From positions 128,464,001 to 128,528,000 of the forward strand of contig OZ024743.1 of NCBI GenBank assembly GCA_964016885.1: 64,000 nucleotides of DNA, in the 5' to 3' direction. The notes beneath the pieces were generated by a model. The model did not search any database. It was given only the letters and a program-made list of their open reading frames with translations, and was not told the DNA's origin. The stretch's first letter is position 1, and each line of letters starts with the position of its first letter. Source of the DNA: Eledone cirrhosa. Its lineage: Eukaryota. The position numbers and the translations under genes were made by a program. Below, in pieces: positions 51,662-64,000 of this stretch.

Positions 51662-53213
51662 TTAATATATAAAAGTGTATACATATATGTAGGTGTGTGT
51701 GTTATGTTCCAAGTTGTTGGCCACAGTTTTACACCTAGGTAGTTGAAATTTTGCATAGAAACATCTTTTCAAAGAGTCACAGAATATGTGACTTTTTTTC
51801 CTGAAATATTTTTTCTTTTTAGCTCTTGACAAAAAACTCAATATATTATATACCCTCAAGTATTACAGTATATAGTGGGAAAAGTTACTGATTAGAAAAT
51901 TAATTTATTCATAATAATTATGTAAATTAGCACAATATTTTTTTAAAAGCCTGCCTTACAAGAAAATTGAAATAAAAAGCAAAAAACGTGTCATAACCCC
52001 TGAACTACTGTTTTCCTCCACCAAATCGGGACAAGGGAATTATGCCAGAAGAAGGAGACCCCAAGGTGAAATGGCTGATCCAGTGGATATTGCTGGTTGC
52101 ATGACAATGCTCTCACCATTTTATCTGCATGGCACAACTCGGATATACTTTTCAGCCAAGTGTATAATATACCCCATCTCCACATTTTTTTTTGCATTCT
52201 TCTTTTTATCATTATGTTATCGATTTCTAATTTAAGCACATAACCAGCAAATTTGGGATAAGAGCAAAATTGATTAAATCAACCCCAATACTTGACTGGT
52301 ACTTTATTTTATCAATCCCAGAAGAATGAAAGGCAAAATTGACAATGTTGGGATTTGAACTCAGAATGTAAAGAACCAGAACAAAGAAATTAAAAGGCTA
52401 AGAATTCATACATTCAAATGAGTGAATACAATAAAAGAGTAACTGCTGATACACAGATCATGCTAGATTTAGAGTGAATACCAAAGACTGTCTGCTGAAT
52501 ATGTGAATATGCCAAATGTGTGAGGGAGCATGTCTTTATCTTGTCAATCTCAGCTCCAAAATTAAGTATGTCTGTACTCATTCATTTCTCACCACAACAA
52601 CTCTTAACATATACAGTCACTTGAGATTGTAGACACAGTACATTAGCTCCTCTCTTCCCCCACACTCTCTCTCTCTAGAAGTAACATAAAAACAAACATT
52701 AGCTATTCTTGTTTTGTTTTATTACATATATAATTGCTAAGCATATTTTGTAAGTGTTTAATAATACTATAAACAAAGTGTGTGTGTGTGTTCTTTGTTG
52801 TTATTTTTTGTCTCATATGCATCACACCAACAGAATGAATTCCGATCTGTTGCACAAACTGGCATTACATGTGCATTACCACTTTAATGCATGAAATTGC
52901 ACTGCCAACAAGGTGGTTGACAAGGTGACGATGTATGTGATATGTAACTGTGTGCATTTTCTGTGGATATGATGGATGGATAGGTAAGATACACACACAC
53001 ATACACTGATTATATCTGACATTGGATGCATAAAAGATTTTAACAATCTTCTATAATGATTCATTGACCTTTAATAACCATCATCATTTTGCATCTGCTT
53101 TTATTGATTGAATGGGTTGTTACAGTATGATTCAGTTCTTAGTCAGGGTTACACTCCTCCTAGGCTACTGAGGGACTGTGCGACACTCCTATATTCTAAA
53201 TTCATTCTCTCTC

Positions 53214-53242
<29 letters not shown>

Positions 53243-53273
<31 letters not shown>

Positions 53274-53685
53274 ACGTTTAACGTCCGTGTTCCAAGCTTG
53301 CATGGGTTTGGACGGGGGTTTTCCCACTTGAGGCAAGAGTGATTGTCTTGCTTGCATAGGACTGTCTGGCAGGTTTTCTACAGCTGGATGCCCTTCCTAA
53401 CACCAACCACATTTACAGTGTGGGGCTGGGAGGTTTTTACCGTGTTGCCTACACGGCCACATTACAGCGTGGACTGTGTGTTTTTTTTTGTCGTGACACC
53501 TACACGATCTCATTTGTTTCGGCCTGGATGGTGTGGCACCAACATAACTTTATATAGAAGGGGGCAGTGTGGATGGGGTGGGGGTGGTGGGACGGGGGGT
53601 GTATTTTGTTAGAGATACCTACTGACTGTAGTAGGTTTTACTATGTATTTAGGTAAGGCGGGCCTTCTCTATTACTGAGTACCGC

Positions 53686-53691
<6 letters not shown>
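53243..53691 (-). mobile_element. RTE subfamily 2, 3' end, in (TA)n
   Basis: Near-identical to 41215-42311 but with a single 112-bp module. Confidence 0.9.
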
Positions 53692-53726
<35 letters not shown>

Positions 53727-54259
53727 TCACCATTTTACGTCCATTTTTCCGTACTAGCATGGGTTAGACGAGTTGTCCTGTTGTGGGCAATACTAGGTCA
53801 GGTGACCATGACTTGCTCATACAAAACTGGTCCTGGCTTGGTTTCTACAGCTGGATGCCCTTCCTAACGCCAACCTAGTTTACAGTAAGTACTGGGTGCT
53901 TTTTGTCATGATGCCTACACAACCACTTTACAGTGTGGGTTGGGTGCTTTTGATTTCACATTCAGCATCTTATGTCCATTTTTCCATGATGACGTGTAGG
54001 ATAGGTCCCCAAAGTCTGAGCCCAGACAAATTGGAAAGTCGCATCCTGCTTATACATTCCATATTAAGCATTATTTCCATAGCTGCATGCCTTCCTCCAT
54101 CTCAACTATTCTACAGAATATACTGAGTGCATTTTATCATGGCAGCACCAGCACAAATATACACATATGCAAGCATGGAAAAACAGACATCAAATGATGA
54201 TTATGATGATGTAGATAAATATATGCTTATATATAAATACATATGTATATACATATGTA

Positions 54260-54314
<55 letters not shown>

Positions 54315-54412
54315 GTATATATATATACATATGTATATACATATATATATATACATATGTATATACATATATATATATACATATGTATATACATATGTAT
54401 ATATATATATAC

Positions 54413-54461
<49 letters not shown>

Positions 54462-54477
54462 CATATGTATATATATA

Positions 54478-54508
<31 letters not shown>

Positions 54509-54554
54509 ATATATATATATAAACATATATATATATAAATATGTATATACATAC

Positions 54555-54587
<33 letters not shown>

Positions 54588-54603
54588 CATATGTATATAC
54601 ATA

Positions 54604-54657
<54 letters not shown>

Positions 54658-54771
54658 CATATGTATATACATATATATATACATATGTATATACATATGT
54701 ATATATATATACACATGTATATACATATATATATATATATACCTTTCATTTATATATATACATATATATAT

Positions 54772-55074
54772 GGTGGCTGCCAACTCATTTTCGAGTACGG
54801 CCACTACTTTATATCCATGTAGGAGAACCCATAACGATGTGCTGAACGAGTGTGACTTTTTAGTCCAGCCAGCGACTTGAAAACTCTGGTACAAACACTA
54901 CACTTGTGACAATTATTGACACATAGTACTGGGCCCATGGTATCATGTGACGACAAGTGCTGAGAGATCTCCAGATATAAAGCAATACCTGTGCCGTGAA
55001 GCTTTTATAGTGAGCAAAGGCACTGCACAAAGCCAGTCCCACTCTCTTAACCAAGATGATATTTACCAAAAAGA
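54772..55074 (-). mobile_element. 5'-truncated copy of the bipartite RTE-derived element
   Basis: Closely matches 37953-38255, with the same ggtggctgcc terminus against (TA)n. Confidence 0.85.
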
Positions 55075-55897
55075 GTAGAAAAGAGGACAAAACTCTGATT
55101 CCGTCAGGGAAATGGCCATGTTCGATATGCAGAAAAGGAACTGGCATAAATTCTATAAAATGCACACAATGCAGATCCTGGGTACACAAAAGATGTAGCG
55201 GGATAGCAGGCAAACTAAAAGGTAGGGAGAAATATGTATGCAGTAGATGTACATGGAAATTAGACAGTAGAAGTCGCATTGATAGACACATTTTTCAAAT
55301 GCAGGAGGGCGCTATAGAAGTGGTGGATAGCTACCGGTACCTAGGAGATCAGATTAGCATGGGAGAAGGGTGTTCCAAGGCCATAGTATCTAGAATAAGG
55401 ACGGGTTGGAACAAGTTTAGGGAGCTGCTTCCTCTGTTGACGAAGAAGGGTTTCTCCCTGCGTACGAAAGGCCGGTTGTATGATGCCTGTGTGAGGAGCG
55501 CGATGCTGCATGGTAGTGAGACATGGGCAGCAACTGCAGAGGATATGCAACGGCTGGAGAGAAATGAGGCAAGAATGCTCCGTTGGATGTGCTGTGTAAA
55601 TGTGCGTGAACGACCTAGCATAAATGTGTTGAGAGAGAAACTGTGTCTGAAAGGGATAGAATGTAGTGTACGGGAGAAGAGACTGAGGTGGTATGGACAT
55701 GTGATGCGCATGGAGGATGACCGATGGGTGAAGAAGTGCCAGGAAATGCCAGTTGAAGGAAGACGTGGTAGAGGTAGACCACGAAAAACATGGGCGGAGG
55801 TGGTGAGAACAGACCTCAGATCATTGAAGCTCAAGGTGGAGATGACAAAGGACCGTGACGAGTGGAGAGATGCTGTGCTGAATAAGACCCGTCCCAC
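55073..55897 (+). mobile_element. RTE subfamily 1 fragment (intact PHD finger and RT C-terminus), lacking its 3' tail
   Basis: Open frame SGKWPCSIC...CSRC...YRYLG...LHGSETW...KTRPT, then (TA)n. Confidence 0.93.
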
Positions 55898-55965
55898 ATG
55901 TATATATATATACATACATATGTATATATATATATATACGTATGTATATATATATATATATATAC

Positions 55966-56001
<36 letters not shown>

Positions 56002-56045
56002 GTATATATATATGTATATATATATATATATATATACATATATAC

Positions 56046-56094
<49 letters not shown>

Positions 56095-56097
56095 TAC

Positions 56098-56135
<38 letters not shown>

Positions 56136-56182
56136 GTATATATATATATATACATATATACATATGTATATATATATATACT

Positions 56183-56229
<47 letters not shown>

Positions 56230-56280
56230 GTATATATATATATATATACATATGTATATATATATATATATACACATATG

Positions 56281-56312
<32 letters not shown>

Positions 56313-56393
56313 TATACATATGTATATATACATACATATGTGTATATATATATATATATATATACATATGTATATATATATATATATATATAC

Positions 56394-56429
<36 letters not shown>

Positions 56430-56473
56430 GTATATACATATATATATATACATATGTATATACATATATATAC

Positions 56474-56527
<54 letters not shown>

Positions 56528-56612
56528 GTATATATATATATATATATATACATATGTATATACATATATATACATATGTATATATATATATATATACATA
56601 TGTATATATATC

Positions 56613-57347
56613 TATCTATCTAAGGCGGGTAAAATTCCCGAGATCCATGGACGAGTTCTCTCCAGCGGTCTCTGTCCCTCATTATCGCTGCCATATCCTG
56701 CATCTCCAACAGACCAGTGTCTGTCCTTAGGGCATCAACATATGTTAACCTTGGTCTTCCTCTTCTAGTGTGTCCATGTAGGGGCTCCCAAAGGAGCACT
56801 GAGTGCAATGTCAACTCTGGATGTCGGTGAGCATGTCCAGCCAACCCCAGTCTCCTCTGTGTCACTTTTGAGCTGACTTTTGGGATGCTCCCATACAGCT
56901 CTGAGTTTTTCATCCTCAGTGTATACTGATTAATGTTCAGAGCCATCCTCAGCATTCTCGTGTAGCACCCATCCACCATCTGAGTGAGTCTCTTGGTCAG
57001 TGTCCAAGTCTCAGACCCATACAGCAGCACAGACTCCACTACAGCAATGAAGAGGCGGATTTTCAGGTCCCTACGAATTTGATGCGGGAGGTTGAGACTG
57101 TGTCGATGAGTGTGGGGCTGAGAATGAATGAGACTAAAACAAAATATCTGGTAGAGAATGTTGAGAAGCCAGAGGGGATCACTAATGTAGGCGGGAAGCC
57201 GCTGGAATTGGTTGAGGACTTCCTGTATTTGGGAGCAAAGATTGGGAATATGGAAGATGATGTGGTTGAGAGGAAGAGCAAGGCCTGGGCGGTGTGTCAC
57301 AGCTTGAGATCGGTGTGGAAGTCGGACCTTCGTAGGGACCTGAAAAT
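56613..57347 (-). mobile_element. RTEX-like LINE 3' part with a 5' inversion
   Basis: Sense piece 57077-56613 ([25 protein letters not shown]). Inverted piece 57078-57347 ([18 protein letters not shown]). Confidence 0.88.
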
Positions 57348-57369
57348 GTATATATATATATATATATAC

Positions 57370-57463
<94 letters not shown>

Positions 57464-57495
57464 GTATATATATATATACATATATATATATATAC

Positions 57496-57535
<40 letters not shown>

Positions 57536-57560
57536 GTATATATATATATATATATATATG

Positions 57561-57910
57561 CAAAAGTTCTATTTAAATTGTTGGGATACAACAAGTAAAT
57601 ATTTTTATAACTGATATAAAGCACTCGACAAGTATTTGGAGTAGATATACGATATTAATTGTTTCTACTTTTGGCACAAGGCCAGCAATTACCCAGTGTA
57701 TTACTGGTACTTTATTTTATCGAGCCCGATATTAATAAATGGAAACTATATTTATAAAACCATATTTATTTCATTATACATATTTCAGGGATACCAAATT
57801 AAATTATGGTATGCCTTCATCAGACAAAATACAATATATAACAGTTTTACAAATAAGCTTTGACGTACCCTTTTAAATGCGACCATTATTTTTGGAGGCC
57901 ATCTGGATAG
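57561..57910 (-). mobile_element. Third copy of the hammerhead-bearing element, interrupted by a truncated family A SINE (57660-57726)
   Basis: Matches the reverse complement of 39773-40048; SINE TSD cgatattaat at 57650-57659 and 57727-57736. Confidence 0.88.
57767..57831 (-). ncRNA. Type I hammerhead ribozyme
   Basis: Identical in sequence to 39534-39598. Confidence 0.75.
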
Positions 57911-58007
57911 GTATATATACATATATAGATAGATATATATACATATGTATATATATATATATATTGTTATACTTTGGGAGGGTCATGTTGCCAATAATTC
58001 AGAAACG

Positions 58008-58260
<253 letters not shown>

Positions 58261-58317
58261 CATACATATATATATATATACATACATATATATATATATA
58301 TATATACATATATATAT

Positions 58318-58383
<66 letters not shown>

Positions 58384-58408
58384 ATATATATATATATATA
58401 TACATATG

Positions 58409-58446
<38 letters not shown>

Positions 58447-58482
58447 AATATATATATATACATATACATATGTATATATATA

Positions 58483-59537
58483 TTGAGTTGGTTACCAGTC
58501 AGAGTTTAGCTTTAAACTATCTCTGTTATTGTATTAAATATTTACTCTTGATTGGCCAGAGGTGTTTATTTCCAGGTACCTTATGAATTTGACTTTCCGT
58601 ATTTATTACTGTTGTGAAATGTTGTGGCTTTTTTTGGTCGTAACTTCTCTGTTTTTTAGCCTAAGAAAATATATATATGCCTATGTATATAATTACATGC
58701 ATACATTTATTTTCTTTTATTAATTGAGTTCTTTACACGAGGAATTAATATTGGTTTTGAAATAACTAATTAACCCGCGTGTGTTTTATATTTTACTCTT
58801 AATTCGGCCGGTGATTTACATTCCCATTTGCCCTTTAAAGCATAACTTTCTGTATTTACTGCGGTTATGAGATGCGGTTCTTATTCGGGTACAACTTCTG
58901 ATTTAGCCTAAGAAAATATCTATATGCGTGTGTAATTTATACAAGCATATATTTATTTTTTTTATTTTCAATTGAGTTCTTAACACGTTGGATTGATAAT
59001 GTTTTCAAAAAAACTAATTAACCCGCGTGTATATTATTTTTTTCCTCATTTCGTGGATCGTAGTTTGTCTCCCCTTCCCGCTTCGTGTCGCTATGATACT
59101 TCCTCAGTCAAAAACTGCTGGAATTTCAAATTTGGCGGTCATTCGAGGCGTGAGGGAGCAACTTAACAGACATGATTTTTGACAGCGGTAAGAAATTATT
59201 TTCTTATTTCAAAGTTTAACGGGCTTCCACTAATGATTTATAAGCGCCCACCTAAATATATTCTTACATGAATATATATTAGGCTTCTAGATAAACTGGA
59301 AATATTCTCCCAACTTGTAGAAAACTTATAATGAAACAATTGTTTAGAAAGAGAGATATACTTTAACTTTAATTATATCTCATAAAATAATACAACTGTT
59401 TTTTCCACATTATACATATTGTTAGCACCCCAAACACTTAAATTGGGTTTATATTTAAATATAACCTAATGTTTGTTGAGTGAGATGGTTACCAGTCAGA
59501 GTTTAGCTTTAAACTATCTCTGTTATTGTATTAAATA
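58483..59537. mobile_element. Unclassified ~1.05-kb element with ~52-bp terminal direct repeats
   Basis: tggttaccagtcagagtttagctttaaactatctctgttattgtattaaata at 58489 and 59486; (TA)n outside both ends. Confidence 0.55.
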
Positions 59538-59546
59538 TATATATAC

Positions 59547-59596
<50 letters not shown>

Positions 59597-59616
59597 GTAT
59601 ATATATATATATATAT

Positions 59617-59959
59617 ATCATCATCATCATCATCATTTTACGTCCACTTTTCCCTGCTTGCAAGGGTGGGACGGGAACTGATTCTGGCTAGATTTCTACA
59701 GCTGGATGCCCTTCCTAACACCAACCTCATTTACAGTGAGTGCTGGGTGCTTTTTTGCCGTGGCACCTCCACGTCCACTTTGCAGTGGAATGATAGGGAC
59801 ACCAGTCCCTATCATCTCATTTCTACAGCTGAGTAAACTGGAGCAATGTGAAATAAAGTGTCTTGCTCAAGGAAACAACACATCACCCGGTCTGAGAATT
59901 GAACTCACAACCTTTCGATTGCAAGGCTAATGCTCTAACCACTAAGCCATGTGCCTCCA
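59617..59959 (-). mobile_element. SINE family B
   Basis: Near-identical to 34656-35007. Confidence 0.92.
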
Positions 59960-59986
59960 TATATATATATATATGTACATATGTAT

Positions 59987-60543
59987 ATATCATCATCATC
60001 ATCATCATCATCGCTTAACGTCCATGTTCCACGCTTGCATGGGTTTGGACGGGAGTTTTCCCACTTGAGGCAAGAGTGGTTGTCTTGCTCGCATAGGACT
60101 GTCTGGCGGGTTTTCTACAGCTGGATGACCTTCCTAACACCAACCACATTTACAGTGTGGGACTGGGAGGTTTTTACCGTGTTGCCTACACGGCCACATT
60201 ACAGCGTGGACTGTGTGTTTTTTGTCGTGACACCTACACGATCTCATTTGTTTCGGCCTGGATGTTGTGGCACCAACATAACTTTACATTGAAAGAGGCG
60301 GTGTGGATGGGGTGGGGGTGGTGGGACGGGGTGTATTTTGTTAGAGATGCCTACTGACTATAGTAGATTTTACTTTGTATTTAGGTAAGGCGGGTCTTCT
60401 CTATTACTGAGTACCGCCAAAGGTCTCGGTCCAGTGACATTGTCTTGGAGAGGTGTAAGTGTGTGAGGTCGGAATTTATCAGCTCGTCCCAAGTTTTTCT
60501 GGGTCTGCCTACTCCGTGGCTACCATCTATCTTTATTGCACTG
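59987..60543 (-). mobile_element. RTE subfamily 2, 3' end
   Basis: [17 protein letters not shown]...KTRLT*, then UTR and (GAT)n. Confidence 0.9.
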
Positions 60544-60579
<36 letters not shown>

Positions 60580-60694
60580 GTATATATATATATATATACA
60601 TATGTATATATATATATATATACATATGTATATATATATATATACATATGTATATATATATATATACATATGTATATATATATATATACATATG

Positions 60695-60728
<34 letters not shown>

Positions 60729-60894
60729 CATATGTATATATATATATATACATATGTATATATATATATATATACATATGTATATATATATATATATATA
60801 TACATATGTATATATATATATATATATACATATGTATATATATATACATATATATATACATATATATATATATATACATATGTATATATATATA

Positions 60895-61713
<819 letters not shown>

Positions 61714-61771
61714 GTATGTATATATATATATATATATACATATGTATGTATATATATATATATATATATAC

Positions 61772-63712
61772 ATAGTTGAAAAATTTGAACAGGAACAAAA
61801 CAGAGAGGCAGTACAACGAATGTTTATTAATTTCACGCTCTGGAGAGTGGGGTGTTGGTGGGGAAAGACGTTTCGGGCATAAGCCCTTCCTCAGGTGAGA
61901 AGTGTGTGGGAACAGAGTTCAAAGGGTGTGTAGGGGAGTGGTAGAGAGACATATAGCGAAAGGAAACGGTGCGAATGAAATTAAAAATAAAAATAAAAAT
62001 AAAAATAAAGTATGATCAAAATACAAGGAATGAAATAAATTTAAATATAAAACCATGATCAAAATAAACTGAAATTAAAAGGGGGGTAAAACAGGTGGTT
62101 GAAGGGTGTGGGGTGTAGGGGTGGTGGCGGGTGGAGTGGGGAGAAGGAGACGGGGTGTCCGAGCGGGGAGGGCTGAAGGTGGTGTGTGTGTGTAGGTGTA
62201 CGTGTGTGTGTGTGTGTATATGTGAAAGTAAGGGTTGGGGGAAGAACGGGGTTGCATGTTCAGGAAGAGGTGTATGTGGTGGGGGTTGTAGGTCGGAGTG
62301 TCTGCGCGTGTGTGGATAGAGGGGTGGGGGAAGAGGAATCAGGAGGCTGAGGGTGTAAATATGTGGTGGAAAGCACGTGCGTGTGGGGTCTAAGTGTGTT
62401 GTGGGTGTAGGTGGCGTGTGGAGAAAAATTTTTTTTTGGGGTGTGTGTGTGGGTGAGTTATATAGGTGATTACGTAAGAGGATGGTTGAAAAGTTGGTAA
62501 AATCCGATGATGTTTAGTGGATTCTGTGGTGGTCAAGTTCTACGTACGAGTATTCCATGAAGCGATGGTCGGAAGAGGAGAGATATGGGGTGCGCGCGCA
62601 ACAGGAAGTGGTTAAGCAGTGGGAGTGCTGTGTGTCTGTTTGTGCTGGGAGGTGATCAGAGGGCATAGCAGCAGTCGGTGGAATGGTAAAGGGGCAAGGA
62701 TGGGTAGGTGTGAAAGTTGGAGTGAGGAGGGTGTGTGTGTGTGTATTAGTAGAGGTGTTAGTGGGATGAGTGAGTGTGGAGCGAGGGTGTCGGTGGAGCG
62801 GGGAGAGAAGGGTGTGTGTAGTTCTATGGAGGGAGTGTGGTGTACTGGTGTGTGTGTAGTTTGATGAAGGGGTGTTAGTGGGTGTTAGTATATGGGAGGT
62901 GGGGAGGGGTTGAATGCAGGTGTGAGTGGGGGTTAGTGGTGGTAGGGTGTGTAGAGTTGGTGGTGTACGAGGGTGTGTGGGTACGTGTGCGTGGGGTTGG
63001 GGGGTGTTAGTGATGTTAGTTGCGGGGTGGTGGGATGGAGGTGTGGGGGTGAGGGTTAGTGGTGGTAGTAGGGTGTGTGTTTAGTGTGAGCGCGTGTATA
63101 TATGTGCTGGTGGGTGTGTGCGTGTGATAAGGAGGGGGGAGGAGGAGAAGAAGGGAGGGATGTTAGTATGTTAGTTGGGGAAGGATGGTCAGATGAGGGG
63201 TGGAGTGGAGGTGTTAGTATTGTTAGTTGTGGGGTGGGCGGTGAAAAGGAGGGGTGTGTTAGTGGTGTTAGTGGGGGAGGGGGGCGGTCGAAGGCTAAAA
63301 GAATAAGGGTGGGGAGTTCAGGCCGGGGGGAGTGTGGGTCTGTAAGATGAAGATAGTTCTTTGTTCGACTCTAAGGCGATTGGCGGGTGTTCCGTGGCAC
63401 TGGAGTAGGCCACAGACTGTGAGATGGCGTGCGGAATGTCCAGGGCCACCAAAGTGGCGGGCGATGGGGGAACTACCCCCGAGACAAATATCCCGGAGGT
63501 GCTCAGTGAATTGGTCCGCCAGGCGACGTCCCGTCTGTCCGACATAAGTCGCGCTGCACTCCGTGCAGCGAAGTCCGTAGACTAGGTTGGAGGAGGTGCA
63601 GCGGAAGGCATGCCGGACAGAGAGAGAGTGGCCGTTGGGACCCTGGAAGGTGGTGGTGTTGGTGATGTGGGGACAGGTGTTGCAGCGGGGCCTAGAACAG
63701 GGAAAGGAACCC
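61772..63712 (-). mobile_element. Neptune-like Penelope element, 5'-truncated (GIY-YIG, long C-rich 3' UTR, hammerhead core)
   Basis: Open frame 63711-63295, absent from the ORF track: PCSRPRCNTCPH...SSNLVYGLRC...YVGQTGRRL...EHL...PPGLN. 3' end lies in (TA)n. Confidence 0.9.
61867..61894 (-). ncRNA. Minimal hammerhead core (stem I not evident)
   Basis: CUGAGGA-A-gggc(uuau)gccc-GAAA-cg-UC; the flanks do not pair. Confidence 0.55.
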
Positions 63713-64000
63713 GGTCTGAGAATTGAACTCCTTTTTTTCCTATTAGCTGCATCTTCTAACCAACTTTGTCTTTATTTCTTCCATTCTCTGTAACTATGTT
63801 TTCCTCTGCCTTCCCTTCTTTGTCTAGCCACTTGAATCCTTCTTCAACATGTGATCCAACCACATAGTCCTGAATTTTACACAGCCTTAGCACTATTCTT
63901 TTACAAGAATTAGGATACATACAATTTTGAGTATCATATTCAATAGAAGCATTTAAGTATCTTACAATAAACTAGTCAAACTATCATCATCATTGTTTAA

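Noticed and set aside
62925-63065. Telomere-like gggttag motifs
   Set aside because: Only two occurrences and no (TTAGGG)n; the recurrent word is GTTAGT.

Overview
AT-rich eukaryotic DNA, not prokaryotic. The SINE, RTE and Penelope repertoire and the long (TA)n/(CATA)n tracts point to a mollusc, most likely an octopod cephalopod (inference). Nearly all long ORFs in the track are microsatellite or minisatellite artefacts, and no intact host gene is recognisable. The window is mostly transposon remnants. Non-LTR retroelements include Tx1/L1, several RTE/RTEX types, R4/Dong and at least three Penelope-like (PLE) families. There are also about four tRNA-derived SINE families, TTAA- and hAT-type MITEs, a non-autonomous Helitron and three minisatellites. 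The most notable observations are: (1) a young, (TA)n-embedded non-coding element with a complete type I hammerhead ribozyme, once as a ~470 bp fold-back palindrome; (2) an RTE LINE with a C4HC3 PHD finger inside its RT domain, and a SINE sharing its last 42 nt; (3) a Neptune-like PLE whose 3' UTR carries 13 mostly paired ACUAAC motifs; (4) a bipartite RTE-derived element; (5) a pile-up of elements in one TA tract; (6) a tentative chain of phase-2 minus-strand host exons. All calls were made by eye, with no database searches.
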